Source: Felis catus (lineage: Eukaryota). From it: DNA of 64,000 nt. Below, piece by piece: positions 51,619-64,000 of the stretch (within the stretch, counting starts at the first letter, position 1; the number at the start of each line of letters is the position of its first letter). Location: contig NC_058368.1 of NCBI RefSeq assembly GCF_018350175.1, forward strand, positions 206,400,001 through 206,464,000, in the 5' to 3' direction. Made by a program: the position numbers and the translations under genes. Below the pieces are notes generated by a model, which did not search any database, had not been told where the DNA came from, and was given only the letters and a program-made list of their open reading frames with translations.

Positions 51619-53525
51619 TTTTAACTTAAAAAAGTAATTTATTTTTTATCAAAGTATAATTGACATGTAACAGTATATTAGTTTCAGATGTACACATGAT
51701 TTGATATTTGTATATGTTGTGAAATGACCACCACAGTAAGTCTAATTAGTATCTGTCATCATAGTTATATTTATTTCCAATGAGGACTTTTAAGATTGCT
51801 CGATATGCAATACTGTATTCTTACTGTAATCACCATGCTGTACATTATATCCCCATGACTTATTTATTTATAACTGGAAGTTTGTACCTTTTGATGCCTT
51901 TCACCCGTTTTGTCTACCCACACCCTCAGCCTCTGGCAACCACCAATTCGTTGTCTGTATCTATAAGTTCAATTTTTTTTTTTTTTTTAGATTCTACATG
52001 TGAGTGAGATCATCTAGTATTTGTCTTTCTCTCTTTGACTAATTTCACTAGCATAATGCCCTCAGTGCTTGTCCATGTTGTGGTAAATGGCAAGATTTCA
52101 TTCTTTTAGTGGCTGACTAGTACTCTATCTCGTGTGTGTATGTGTATGTGTGTGTGCATGTATATACATTTTCGTCATCCATTCATTCATCAGTGGACAC
52201 TTAGGCTGCTTCCATATCTTGGCTATTGTAAATAATGCTACAACGTAATGAAGCTGTATATCCATTTGAGTTACTGTTTTCATTTTCTTTGAGTAATATG
52301 CAGAAGTGTAATTGCTAGATCATGTGGTAGTTCTATTTTTAATTTTTTGAGGAACCTCCATACTGTTTTCCACAGTAGCTGCACCTATTTACATTCCCAC
52401 CAGTAGTGCACAAGGGTTCTCTGCACATCCTTGACCACGCTTGTTATTTTTGTCTTTTTTTAAATATTTATTTTTGAGAGAGAGAGAGAGTGAGCAAGAG
52501 AGAGAGAGAGAGCATGTGCACCCATGTACATGGGGAAGGAGATGACTGAGGGAGACAGAAAAATCTAAAGTAGGCTCCGCATGGGCAGTACAAAGCCCAA
52601 CATGGGGCTTGAACCCTGAACCATGAGATCATGACCTGAGCCGAAGTTGGACACTCAACACACTGAACCACCCACGTACCCCCTTGTCTTTTTGATGATA
52701 GCCATTCTGACTGGTGTGAGGTGATATTCTCATTGTGGTTTTTTGTTTTTGTTTTGAGAGAGAGAGAGAGAAAGAAAGTGCCAGCAAGGGAGGGGCAGAG
52801 GGGGAGGGAGAGAATCTTTTTTTTTTTTTTTAGGGAATTTCTTTTTTTTATTTTTATTTTTATTTCTTTTTTTCTTTTTTTTATTTTTATTTATTTTTTT
52901 TTCAATGTTTTTTTTTTTTTATTTATTTTTGGGACAGAGAGAGAGCATGAACGGGGGAGGGGCAGAGAGAGAGGGAGACACAGAATCTGAAACAGGCTCC
53001 AGGCTCCGAGCCATCAGCCCAGAGCCTGACGTGGGGCTCGAACTCACGGACCGCGAGATCGTGACCTGGCTGAAGTCGGACGCTTAACCGACTGCGCCAC
53101 CCAGGCACCCCTCTTTTTTTTATTTTTAAAATTTATTTATTTACTTTGAGAGAGACAGCTAGCATGAGTGGGGGAGGGACAGAGAGAGAGGGACAGAGAG
53201 AGAATCCCAAGCAGGCTCTGTGCTGCCTGCTGTGGAGCCCAACTCGGGGCTCAAACCCATGAACCGTGAGATCATGACCTGAGCTGAAATCAAGAGTCAG
53301 TCGCTTAACCAACTGAGGCACCCAGGCACCCCTCATTGTGGTTTTGATTTGCATTTTCCTCATGATTAGTGATGTTGAGCATCTTTTCATGCACCTGTTG
53401 GCCATTTGTATGTCTTCAATTTTTAAATGGATTTTTTTGTTGTTGTTGTTATTGACTTTTTGCTTTTGAGGTCTTTGACCTCTTTGCTTAAATTTATTTC
53501 TAGGTATTTTATTCTCGTTGTTGCA
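51619..53525 (-). mobile_element. 5'-truncated L1 interrupted by a CAN-SINE (52455-52683) and a three-part SINE composite (52743-53332)
   Basis: L1 3'UTR/ORF2 C-terminal sequence; outer TSD gaaattctttt at 51608-51618 and 53526-53536; inner TSDs ttgtctttttt and tcattgtggtttt. Confidence 0.9.
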
Positions 53526-53747
53526 GAAATTCTTTTATTAAAATAAGTTAAACATGCAAGATAATTAAAGTCAGGTTATCCTTTTGCCATGCCCTGGTTC
53601 TGCAAGATGTTTAACTGGACTCTTCCGTGAAAGCCCAACTGAAAAAAATTATACAAGCAAGTTCCATTATAGATTTTCAGTTGCAAATATTCTTTTGTTA
53701 TATAGTTCTCATCCAACCTGTAGAATATTTTCTTTTTAATTGGTATC

Positions 53748-54110
53748 TGTATTAGTCTGCTAGGGCTGTCATAACAAAATACTGTAAACCAGGGGCTTAA
53801 GTAACAGAGATTTATTATGTCCACAATTTTGGAGGCTGGGAACTCCAAAATCGAGGTGCTGGCCGATTTGGTTCCTGTGAAAGCAGACAGCCACCTTCTC
53901 ACTGTGTCTGCACATGACAGAGAGAATGAGCTGAGCTCTGTTGTTTCTTCTTATAAGGACTCTATTGCTATCAGATCAAGGCCCTACATTTATGATCTCA
54001 TTTAATCTTCATTACTTCCATAAAGGCCCTTTCTCCAAATATAGTCACATTGAGGGTTAGGCATTCAGCATGTGCATTTTAAGGGGACATAAACATTAAG
54101 CCTATAATAG
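53748..54110 (-). mobile_element. MLT1A/B-type solo LTR
   Basis: tgtattagtctgctagggctgtcataacaaaatac...cttataaggac...tctccaaatatagtcacattgagggttagg. Confidence 0.85.
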
Positions 54111-54669
54111 TGTTTAAGGATTTCTTATAAGAGATGAGTTCCTCTTGCCTAAGGGAACAAAAAGAATGCAGGAAACTTTGCCAAAATACCAAGCATCCTC
54201 CTTAAACCAAAAGAGAACCAAGGTTTCATATTAAAGATTAATCTGGATTTTTTTGGTTGTTGTTCAGGATATTGAAATAAGCCTTAAGGAAGCCGGTTTA
54301 GGTTGTTGTTTTTGCAATTTTTTAAAGCCCATCTGTCAAGAATTTTGTCTCTTTTTTCCTTACCGACCCCAAGAGCTGGTTTCTTGAATGTTGCATGTGG
54401 TCACATTTCTGTACAGAATAGTTTGAATTACAGTTGTGTATCTTGCAGCTCTAGGAACCCAAGAAGGGTCCCATGTATTTCTCTAGATTTAGTTTTGAAG
54501 TTGTGCTCCTGAGAGACCCATGTTTCCATGTAAATAATTGTTATTTGGGAATCCTTAAAGAAAGTCTTTAAATAATATAAAAAATTAATAGAAAAGTGTT
54601 ATGTTATTTAACTATTACAACAAATTACAATAAAATAGTAGATGAAACTGGCCACGGTTGTATAGAACA

Positions 54670-54709
54670 ACTCCAGTGTCCATATATAGATGAATGGATA
54701 AAGATGTGG

Positions 54710-54761
<52 letters not shown>

Positions 54762-55340
54762 GGAATAGTACTCAACCATAAAAAGAATGAAATCTTGCCA
54801 TTTGCAACAACATGAATGGATGTAGAGGATATAATCGTAAATGAAATAAGTCAGAGAAAGACAAATACCACATGATTTCATTCATATGTGGAATTTAAGA
54901 AACACAACAAGGATGCCTGTGTGGCTCAGTCCGTTAGTCTTCCAACTTTGGCTCCGGTCATGATCTCACCACTTGTGGGTTTGAGCCCTGTGTCGGGCTC
55001 TGTGCTGACAGCTCAGAGCCTGGAGCCTGCTTCAGATTCTGTGTCACCCTCTCTCCCTGCCCCTCGCCCACTCATGCTCTGTCTCTCTGTCTCTCTCTCT
55101 CTCTCTCAAAAATGAATAAACATTAAAAAAAAGAAAGAAAGAAACAGAACAAAGAAAAAAAAAAGAGATGTGCAAAAAAACCCCAGACTCTTAAATACAG
55201 GGAACTGGTTGTTGCCAGAGGAAATGTGGGTGAGGGGATGAAGAACACATTGTAGAATCATTATATTGGACACCTGAAACTTTTATAACACTGTATGTTA
55301 AGTATACTTGAATAAAAATATATAAAAATAAATTAAAACT
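54670..55340 (+). mobile_element. L1 3' end with (CG)n(CA)n, interrupted by a CAN-SINE (+, 54911-55140)
   Basis: gatgaatggataaagatgtgg...aagaatgaaatcttgccatttgc...cacctgaaact...cactgtatgttaa; SINE TSD aagaaaca(c/g)aacaa. Confidence 0.9.
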
Positions 55341-56374
55341 AAGAAAGCAATAAACTGTATATTAATATTTTTAAAAGCCAGTACAGAACCAGGGAAGTAT
55401 TATTTGATCTTCTGAATAATATTCTGAGGTGGCAAAGGGTTGTTTGACAGCAACCTCATGTGTGTTCATTCTTAACTCAGTCTTAGCCAGTGTGAGGTCA
55501 GCTATTGTATAATATAGTTCACTGGGATTTCAGCTTTTTCCTTACATCATATACCACATTATCATAATTGATGGAAGCCACCTTTTAAAATACTAAATTA
55601 TATGGCTGAAGGAACATCTTATCTAAACAAGTGCCTTGTGAGCTGCGTGGCTAATAGATGGGAAGATTTCCATTAATTTCCAGCCTTTGTTCTCACTACT
55701 TTCTGCTCTGTCCTCCTCATGTTCAGGAGGCTGTACTCCCCAAAATGAGAGTCAGAACCCCCTGTGCTGTCAGGCAAGAGTCAGAATTGCTTTACCCTAA
55801 GACACTTTTGCTTCCGTGGGTTAAAAGATATTTAGTATTATATGAAAGCACCAATTAGTTGATAGTTGTAAAGTTCTTTGAAAAGAAAGAGCACCCATTG
55901 TATGAATTTAAGGAGATACTATCTTTTTATTATTTATAAAACACCTTGAAGAGTAATTATCCTTGTTTTTACAAAAACATTTTGTTTGAACTCAACAGGA
56001 TGTTGTGATTATTGTCTGAATTAGCAAATCTTCTAAGAGCTATAATTAGACTAGAGAAACCACAGGGGGATGGGACAGATTGGAGGCTTGGCTAAGGACT
56101 AGAACTTGAGAAGAGGCCCACACGGAAGGACTGGATTGTGAGTGATTGCAATGGCTTTCTTTCTGCCACTGGCTCTGGATGGCAACAATATGGCAGAGAA
56201 AAGGAATTTTTCATCACAAATAGCTAACTCTAAAAATTTGTCATAACTATAGCATTCTCTTGCCTTCAAGTATTATAAAGCACGGTATATAGAAGGAACA
56301 TGGGCTTTGGCATCAGACAGTTCTGGTTGGAATCTTGACTTTGTTTCTTTTTAAAAAAATATTAAATATTTAAT

Positions 56375-56582
56375 GGGCACCTGAGTGGCTCAGTTGGTTA
56401 AGCATCCGACTTTAGCTCAGGTCATGATCTCACAGCTTGTGAGTTCAAGCTCCTCGTTGGGCTCTGTGCTGACAGCTCAGAGCCTGGAGCCTTCTTTGAA
56501 TTCTGTGTCTTCTTCTTTCTCTGACTCTTCCTCTGCTCACGCTCTGTCTCTCTCTTCTTCAAAAATAAATAAATATTAAAAA
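56375..56582 (+). mobile_element. CAN-SINE
   Basis: Complete unit; TSD taaatatttaat. Confidence 0.92.
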
Positions 56583-56599
56583 ATATTTTAAATATTTAA

Positions 56600-57425
56600 T
56601 ATATAAATATTAAACAACACACTACTGCACAAGCAGTGGGCCAAATAAAAAATCAAATGGCAAATTAAAATATGTCTCAAAACAAACAGAAAAAAGAAAC
56701 CACAATATTCCAAAACGTATGGGATGCAGCAAAACCAAATGTTAGAATGAAGTTTATGCTATAAATGCTTGTATTAAGAAAAAAATTTCAAGTAAACAAC
56801 TTAACATTACACCACAAGGAACTAGAAAAAGAAGAAACTTAGCTGAAATTTATTAGAGGAAAAACATAACAAAGAAATTTCAAAAATAAAAGAGACTAGA
56901 AGAAACAATAACATAACATTGAAAGTAATGACCAGGTTTTCCAAAAAAATAAACAAAATTGGTAATGTTTTAAACTACATTAAGGAAAAAAAGAGAGAAG
57001 ACTCAAAAATCAAAATGAGAAATGGAAGAGAAAACAATACAATAGATAACCACGGTGATAGTGTGATAGCAGATAACAATAAACAATTATATACTAACAA
57101 ATCAGATAACTTAGAAAAAAACACAGATAATTCCTAAAAATGCACAAGTTACCAAGATTGAGTCATGAATCTTGTATCCAAGAAATAGGAAATCTTCTTA
57201 GACCAATAACAAGAAGGAAAGTTGAATTAGGAATAAAAAAAATATCTAATACAGAAAAGCCCAAAACCATTCATAAATGGTTTCATTGATGAATTGTACA
57301 AAATATTAAAAAAAATAATGACAGTCTTTATCAAAATCTTATAAATAATGAAATAGAGGGAACATATTTAAAATCATTCCTTCAGGCTAGTAGTATCCTG
57401 ATCAAAGCAGGATGAAAACAAGAAC
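56600..57425 (+). mobile_element. Degenerate L1 ORF2 fragment (region between endonuclease and RT)
   Basis: ttaaacaacacactact...caaaacgtatgggatgcagcaaaa (QNLWDAAK-like)...aaggaactagaaaaagaaga...tagaccaataacaag; many stops and frameshifts. Confidence 0.85.
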
Positions 57426-57429
57426 AAAA

Positions 57430-59771
57430 AAGTCTGGTTTGTCTAGTGTAAGTATTGCCACTATGACTTTCTTTTGACATCCATTTGCATAATAAATTTC
57501 ACTTTAAATTTGCAGGTGTCTTTTGGTCTGAAAGGAGTCTCTTGTAGGCAGCATATAGATGGGTCTTGTTTTTTATCCATTCTGATACCCTATGTCTTTT
57601 GATTGGAATGTTTAGTCCATTTACATTCAAAGTAATTATTAATAGATATGTATTTATTGCCATTTTATTACTTGTTTTGTCATTGTTTCTGGGGATTTTC
57701 TCCTGATCCTTTCTTATTTTTGTCTCCCCTTTGCCCTAGAAGAGTCCCCTTTAATATTCCTTGTAGGGCTGGTTTAGCATTCACGAACTCCTTTAGTTTT
57801 TGTTTGTCTGGGGAACTCTATCTTTCCTTCTATTCTGAGTGATGGTCTTGCTGGGTGGAGCATTCTTGGCTGCAGATTTTTCCCATTCAGCACTTTGAAT
57901 ATATTATGCCACTTCTTCTGGCTTGCCAAGTTTCTGTTGAGAAATCTCCAGCTAGCCTTATGGGTTTTTCCTTGTAAGTTAAGGACTTCTTTTGTGTTAC
58001 TGCTTTTAAGATTATTCCTTTATCACTATATGTTGCAAACTTAATTATAATATGTCTTGGTGTTGGCCTGCTTTTGTTGATTTTAGTGGGAGTTCTCTGT
58101 GCCTCCTGGATCTGGATGTCTGTTTCCTTCCCCAGATTATGGAAACTTTCTGCTATTATTTTTTGAAGTATATTTTCTGCTCCCTTTTCTCTCTCTTCTG
58201 GGATCCCTGTAATATGAATGTTACTATGTTTGATGGAGTCACTGAATTCCCTAAGTCTATCCTCTTATTCCATAATACTTCTTTTTCTTTTTTTCAGCTT
58301 CATTATTTTCCATTACTTTGTGTTCTATATCACTAATTCATTGTTCTGCTTCTTCCAACCTGCTGTTCATTGCATCAAACCTGTTTCCAATCTCATTTGT
58401 TGTATTCTTCATCTCTGACTGATTCTTTTTTAACTCTTTTATCTCTGTGGTAAGGGTCTCTTTGATGTCTTCCATTCTTTTCTCAAGCCCAGTGAGTATT
58501 CTTATGATTGTTGCTTTAAATTTTTCATCAGCCATGTTATTTATACCTATTTTGCTTATATCTCTGGCTGTGGCCTTATCTTCTTTCATTTGGGATAAAT
58601 TCCTCTGTCTTGGCATTTTATCTGAGTCTCTGCCTTTGTTTGTGTGCTCTAAAAGCCAAAAATGTCTCATGCTCCTGAAAGTAATGGCCTTATGAAGAAG
58701 AGGTGCTGTAGTGCCCAAGGCCTGGCACTTCAAGGAGTGTCTCCAGGGTGTGCTGTGTGTGCTATGCTGTTGTCTATGCTGCTCTATCCTTCAGGCCAGT
58801 CATCTGCAGAGGCTCACCTTGCCTGCTGTAGACAGTGTTTGGTCCCAGGCACGATGTAGCAAGTTTTAACCAGGTGTGCTCTGGTCTGCTTGTGAAATGA
58901 GAACTGACACCAACTCCACCCAAACTGAGGCTCTGCAGAACTCTCTGGTCAGGAGATATGGTGTGAGCAGGGGTTTGTGCTGGTCTTCTGGGGAGTGGGA
59001 GGTGCTGCATTAGGACTGAAGCAAGCATGACTGAGAAGGGCAGTTCCACTGAAGTGCAGGAGAAGTGGGGCTTGATGTTAAGCAAGTTAGACAGCCAGCG
59101 TTGGTGCTGTGCTGCTTCCCACATAAACACAGGTGGCTCTGTGTTTATGCTAAGGGGTGGGGGAAGGAAGTGCTGCTGGCCAGCTCCTTTGTTCTTGGAG
59201 AGGAGTCTCCAAGAATGCTGCCTCTCAGGGGTGCACTCAGAGAAGAGTGAATAATCTCCTTGTGTGCCACAGGCCCTCTTCAGATCACTGTTTCCACACT
59301 GCCTGTCCTTGGGTTCTTTGCCTTCCTTCTCTCCAGGAGCTGGGCAGTGTCCTCCAGGCTCTATCACAGCCAAACCTGCTGACCTTTAAAACTCTAGACT
59401 TTAAGCCCCACTAGTTGCAAGAACTTACAAAATTCAGCCCTCTTCTTTTCCAAACCAGTGGCTTTAGGGAGGTGTTCTGTTTGTGCATTCTCCTGTATAC
59501 TCCTCCCTCTCTCTCTCTTGCTTGCCCTTCTCCATAACCACAGCTCCCTCCCCTCCTCAGCAGCCACAATCTGTTTCTCCCCTAAACCATGTCCCTGCAC
59601 TTGCTACTTTCTTTGATGTGGCCTCTTCTCTCCCTTTAGTTGTGAAATTTGTTCTGTCAGTCCTCAGGCTGATTTCTGGGGGGTATTTAGGATGATTTGA
59701 TAGTTAGCTAGATGTATTTATGGGATGAATAAATAGGGTCCTCCTACTCTGCCATCATCTTGGGGATTCCA
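57430..59771 (-). mobile_element. L1 5' portion: 5'UTR, disrupted ORF1 (ATG 58616) and start of ORF2 (ATG 57663)
   Basis: 5' start aagatgatggcagagtaggaggaccc; ORF1p-like MPRQRNLSQMKE...FKATIIRILTGLEKRMEDIKE coiled coil ending in a premature stop; ORF2p-like MAINTYLLIITLNVNGLNIPIKRHRVSEWIK...ICCLQET. Confidence 0.92.
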
Positions 59772-60571
59772 ACTTTGTTTCTTAGGGGCTGTTTGATCCT
59801 GACTGATCACCTAATTTCATTGATATCAGTTTCCTAATCCATGAAATGGGAAAAGTAGTACGTAATATGTGGCAAGTACTAACTACTGGGCCCAATTCAT
59901 TATGGGTGCTCAATAAATTGTACTGATAATAATGATCATTTTTATTAATATAACATGAGAAAAAGAAGAAGTTAAACCCAATCACCAATCAACAATGGAT
60001 TTTTTTTTTTTCTGAGTTGAGCCTTGCATTGGTTTCATCATCTAAAACTTTTGGTTCTAACAGGTTAATTGGTTACTCCTTTAAGAAAACCACTACAGTA
60101 TTTGTATTTTGAGAGATATTCTGTAGGCATTACAACAATTTAACCCAAAGAATGGGTTTAGTAGGAATTTCAAGCATAGAGTTAGGCTGGTGGAGAAAGA
60201 TTTAGGGAGTATGACCTACTCTGGACTTTTATATGAGGACAGTTTACATAACAAACAGCCAGTGGCAGTTTACATTATTCAGAGTTTAAGAGTTTGGTGT
60301 GTGATATGGGGATTAATGCAGTGGACAGGAAAGGGCATAGTGCATTATAAGTCAATTGTTGCTACATTAAGATAAAGGATGACAATATTAGTCCTTTGTT
60401 GACGTATCAAATGGGCTTTTCTGCCTCTATTATTGCACCTCATAGTTTCCAGACTTATGCTATGACTATGCCAAAAAGAATGCAAAAAAAATGTATATGA
60501 ATATTTCAGACACAATTTGATTGCCCTAGTGTACTTATTTTTTAATTACTGAAATAATTCATATTTATTCT

Positions 60572-60799
60572 TTTTTTTTTAAACTTTTTTTTTTAACGTT
60601 TATTTATTTTTGAGACAGAGAGAGAGACAGAGCATGAACGGGGAAGGGGCAGAGAGAGAGGGAGACACAGAATCGGAAGCAAGCTCCAGGCTCTGAGCCA
60701 TCAGCCCAGAGCCCGACTCGGGGCTCGAACTCACGGACCACGAGATCGTGACCTGAGCTGAAGTCGGCCGCTTAACCGACTGAGCCACCCAGGCGCCCC
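60572..60799 (-). mobile_element. Young SINEC_Fc
   Basis: 16-bp TSD aattcatatttattct at 60556-60571 and 60800-60815. Confidence 0.95.
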
Positions 60800-60917
60800 A
60801 ATTCATATTTATTCTAAAAAAAATCTTAGCAATTCAGAAGTTTATAGAATAAAAATCGAATATTCTTAACCTTAAAGAAGTTATAACTCTGAAAGTTTTT
60901 TGAAAAAATATTTCATC

Positions 60918-61110
60918 AGGGCACCTGGGCGGCTCAGTCAGTTAAGCGGCTGACTCTTGATCTTGGCTCAGGTCATGATCTCATGGTTCGTGGGTTTGAG
61001 CCCCACATCAGGCTCCGCACCGACAGTGTGGAGCCTGCTTAGAATTCTTTCTCTTTCCCTCTCTCTCTGCCCCTCCCCCCCCAAATAAATAAATAAAATT
61101 TTAAAAAAAG
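60918..61110 (+). mobile_element. CAN-SINE
   Basis: TSD core tatttcatca. Confidence 0.92.
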
Positions 61111-61410
61111 AAAAAGTATTTCATCAACATTTCAGTTTTCATTGTCATTTGAAACATGATGAGGGGCCCGGTTGTATTCTGGTAGAGGTTTACAAACTGT
61201 AAGCATTTTATGTGAGCACACTGTAGCCTCTTTTATTCACAGTTTCTTTCAGGATGACTCCTAGGCATAGTGGCAAGACAAGAACACAAGCTTCTGGCCT
61301 GGGTGCCTCCATACAGGTGTTAGGGGTTTGTCACACATGAATGTATGGCAGAGAGATATAAAATTTCCCTTTAGGAATAACCAACCTTATAACCACTGAT
61401 TAAAAAAATA

Positions 61411-61618
61411 CACCTGACTCAGTTGGTTAAGCTTCTGACCCTTGATTTCAGCTCAGGTCATGATCTCATGGTTCATGAGATCCAGCCGTGCATCAGGCTC
61501 CATGGTGACAGTGCAGAGCCTGCTTGGAATTCTGTCTCTCCCTCTCTCTCTCTCTCTCTGCCCCTCCTTGACTCATGCTCTCTCTCTCTCTCTCAAAATA
61601 AATAAACTTAAAAAAAAT
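61411..61618 (+). mobile_element. CAN-SINE with damaged 5' end
   Basis: ctcagttggttaagc...ggtcatgatctcatggttc...(CT)n aaaataaataaacttaaaa. Confidence 0.9.
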
Positions 61619-62119
61619 AATCCTGTAGAATAAGCCTATGGTCAGCGTGTAATGTATTTTGTTGGTGGGAGGAGTGCAGGAGAGGGTCTTATGGTTTCAG
61701 TGTCAAAAGGATGACATTAGGCTTTCAAAATGGAGTTTCTGTCTGAGGTTCCATTTCTAGACTTATCAGTATGGAGAAGTAGCAAGACTTCTAGGACATA
61801 GTGTTGATCGTTGCTGAATCCTCTGCGGAAATTATTATTGCTAAAAAGCCTTTATAAAAGACCTGTTAAAATTCTTGGTTTCTGACCAGCAGGAGCTTGC
61901 AAGTTCTGTTTGGATGGCAGCAGATATTGGGGACATATGTATAGCTGAGAAAGTATTGAACGAATTTATGGATATGCCATTGTATATGGGAAGGAGTAAG
62001 TCTGTGCTGGAGGGTGGAATAACTGATAATAATTTAGGAACTTCATTTAAAAAATTCTCTTATTTGTTACCCATTCCTTCTTTGTTCAGAGAAAAGATGA
62101 GGCCAGCTTTTAGGAATGT

Positions 62120-62600
62120 GTTTCAGTCATCTACTGCAGCGTAACAAACCATTCTGAAACTTAATGGCTTAAAATAAGAATAGCTGTCCGTGGACTGAAC
62201 TCAATTCAGTGGTTCTCCTGGTCTCATCTGGGGTTATGCAGCTTCAGTTATCTGGAGTTGATCTAGGGCTGGAAGTCCAAAGTGGCTTTACTCATATGTC
62301 TGGTACCTCAGCTGAGATGTCTGGACCAGATAGGGACTGGCTGGGAATCAATTTCTCTCTCTACACAGTGTCTGCAGCAGAATAGCTGGACCTCTTTGCA
62401 TTGGTTTAAGGCTCCAAAGAGGATGAAAGCAGAAGAAGCTTCCATACCTCTTATGGCCTAGGCTAGAACTGGCAAAATGTCACTTTCCCCAAATTCCCAT
62501 GATTAGAGAGAGTTACAAGACCAGCCTGGATTCCATGTCAAAGGGAAAGGAGACTAATTTCTTGATGAAAGGAAAGCCAAGACTTTAGGTCATCTTCAGT
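62120..62600. mobile_element. Old MLT1-type LTR remnant
   Basis: tactgcagcgtaacaaaccattctgaaacttaatggcttaaaa...ggcctaggctagaactggc...tcttgatgaaagg. Confidence 0.65.
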
Positions 62601-64000
62601 TCACTAATAATATACAAGATGTACAATAATAATGTCTAAAAATTGCCATTAAACTTTTTGATTGAAGGGCAGCTATCAGATATGACGTGTTTACAACAAC
62701 ACAAATGGTCTAATTTCAAGGGCCTTAAAAGGTCAATTTGCCAACTAGTGGGGCCCAAGGTTTAAGATTTTTTTTTTTGACCAGAGTCACTCATAAAATT
62801 TTACAATATTAGAGTTAGGAGAGAATATGAAGCTTACCTAGCCCAACTGAATGTCTTTTGATAAAAAACAAGATTAGACACATTAATCTGTGGCACATCA
62901 GTGTAGCATATGGGCTAGCTAATTTGTTTATATGACTAATTCACTGTGACTTCGATTAAGGACAGGATCTAAGGAGATTGAACATAGGACAAACACATTT
63001 TACATGGAAGAGAAAAGGTAGGAAGATGTTAAGAGTATGGGGTGTATCCTTACCCCACCAAGGCCCTAGGAATGGAGATGTGCATGATAGTCCTAGATAG
63101 CACAAAGTACTTAGAATGGAGGAGGGATCAGAAAATCTGTCAGATGTATTTTACTAAGCTTACAATTTTGCTCCGAGGAGGAACTCTAAAGTGATTTACT
63201 ACAACCCTCTTCCCATTAGTCAGAGAGAAGACTTCTTGGAAGAAGTGTTTCAACATCATTGGAAATGAGAAGCAGCTTTCTCATGAACTGCTTGGTTAGT
63301 ATAGAGAAATGCATAATTTTCCTCCCAGAGATTGTCATTTTTTCATATCCTTGTATGAGCTCAAGGTTTATCGAAAGCTAAATCTTGGCTGATTCTCATC
63401 TTTGTCTTTTTATAATTCCTCTTCCTTATCTTCTTAGAGGAGGAGGGTGTTCAATCAAGTGACCTGGGATTGTGTTGCTCGCTGGCCTGCTCTGATATTT
63501 TCAGAACATATGTTTCTGGTGTGGGCTAGTATCCTAGAGTGTGTTTATCCAAATAGAGCTAAGTGAAGCCTGGCCTGCCGGCCTTTGCCCCTGCGCTTAT
63601 TGAAACACATTTCCATTTCATTTTGTATTTTTCCTTGCTAGTTGGGCTTAGCAGCTTAGGTCTTCTCATTTTCTCAAAATACGGGGATGCTTTGAGGTGT
63701 CAACATGCCTGAACATGTTCTCAAGGAAGCTTCAAGAGGACCTTTACAGTGAAGCTGATACATCTCAGCTGGAAAAGGACAACTCTGTAACAGAGAAAAA
63801 TGACAGGCAAGGGATTTCCCCCTGACAGTGGTAAGCCAGGGATTCCCTCCATCCCCCTTTCCCGCCCCTGAGCTGGCTGATGGCATTGCTATTTCCTCTT
63901 CCCAGCTTCTGGCCTCTGTTTCCTCACTGACCAGCCCCGTGTCCATAACAGGAGCTGTTCCCGTCTGCACTTTCTGAAAGGGGTAGAACTCCTTTTTGTA

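Larger units (their letters stand above)
56281..59935 (+). mobile_element. MIR split in two (56281-56349 and 59772-59935) by a 3.4-kb L1-derived insertion
   Basis: The halves are colinear with the MIR core and share the 12-bp repeat actttgtttctt. Confidence 0.75.

Noticed and set aside
58338..59373. 131-aa and 199-aa minus-strand ORFs as host genes
   Set aside because: They are a truncated L1 ORF1 and L1 5'UTR sequence.
8244..61633. Recurring similar short ORFs (MAQSVK..., ...GGGAEREGDTESETGSRL)
   Set aside because: All are translations of CAN-SINE copies, not a gene family.
1..64000. CRISPR arrays, rRNA, numts, processed pseudogenes or intact endogenous viral genes
   Set aside because: No regularly spaced repeat-spacer array or recognisable sequence of these kinds was seen. 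Highly decayed pseudogenes or lncRNA exons cannot be excluded without a search.

Overview
Mammalian DNA, almost certainly from a cat-family carnivore, judged by about 29 tRNA-derived CAN-SINE copies or fragments including the young felid SINEC_Fc type. The window holds the 5' half of PTGER4 (prostaglandin E2 receptor EP4) on the minus strand. Non-coding exon 1 spans ~6190-5613, intron 1 is 472 bp, exon 2 spans 5140-4219 (ATG at 5097, 293 codons, TM1-TM6), and intron 2 runs off the left edge. A CpG island covers the exons and promoter. The remaining ~57 kb is the upstream gene desert: no further host protein-coding exon is recognisable, and it is dominated by SINE, L1, L2, MIR, MaLR-LTR and DNA-transposon remnants with a few motif-dense unique islands. 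I found no convincing new multi-gene system. The best oddities are two TSD-bounded L1 insertions sharing a sense/inverted-with-deletion topology, a perfect 40-bp palindrome inside a SINE, a recurrent double-tailed SINE architecture, a remodelled EP4 third intracellular loop, and a single uORF in the PTGER4 leader. Repeat subfamily names and comparisons with other species are from memory and need database confirmation.
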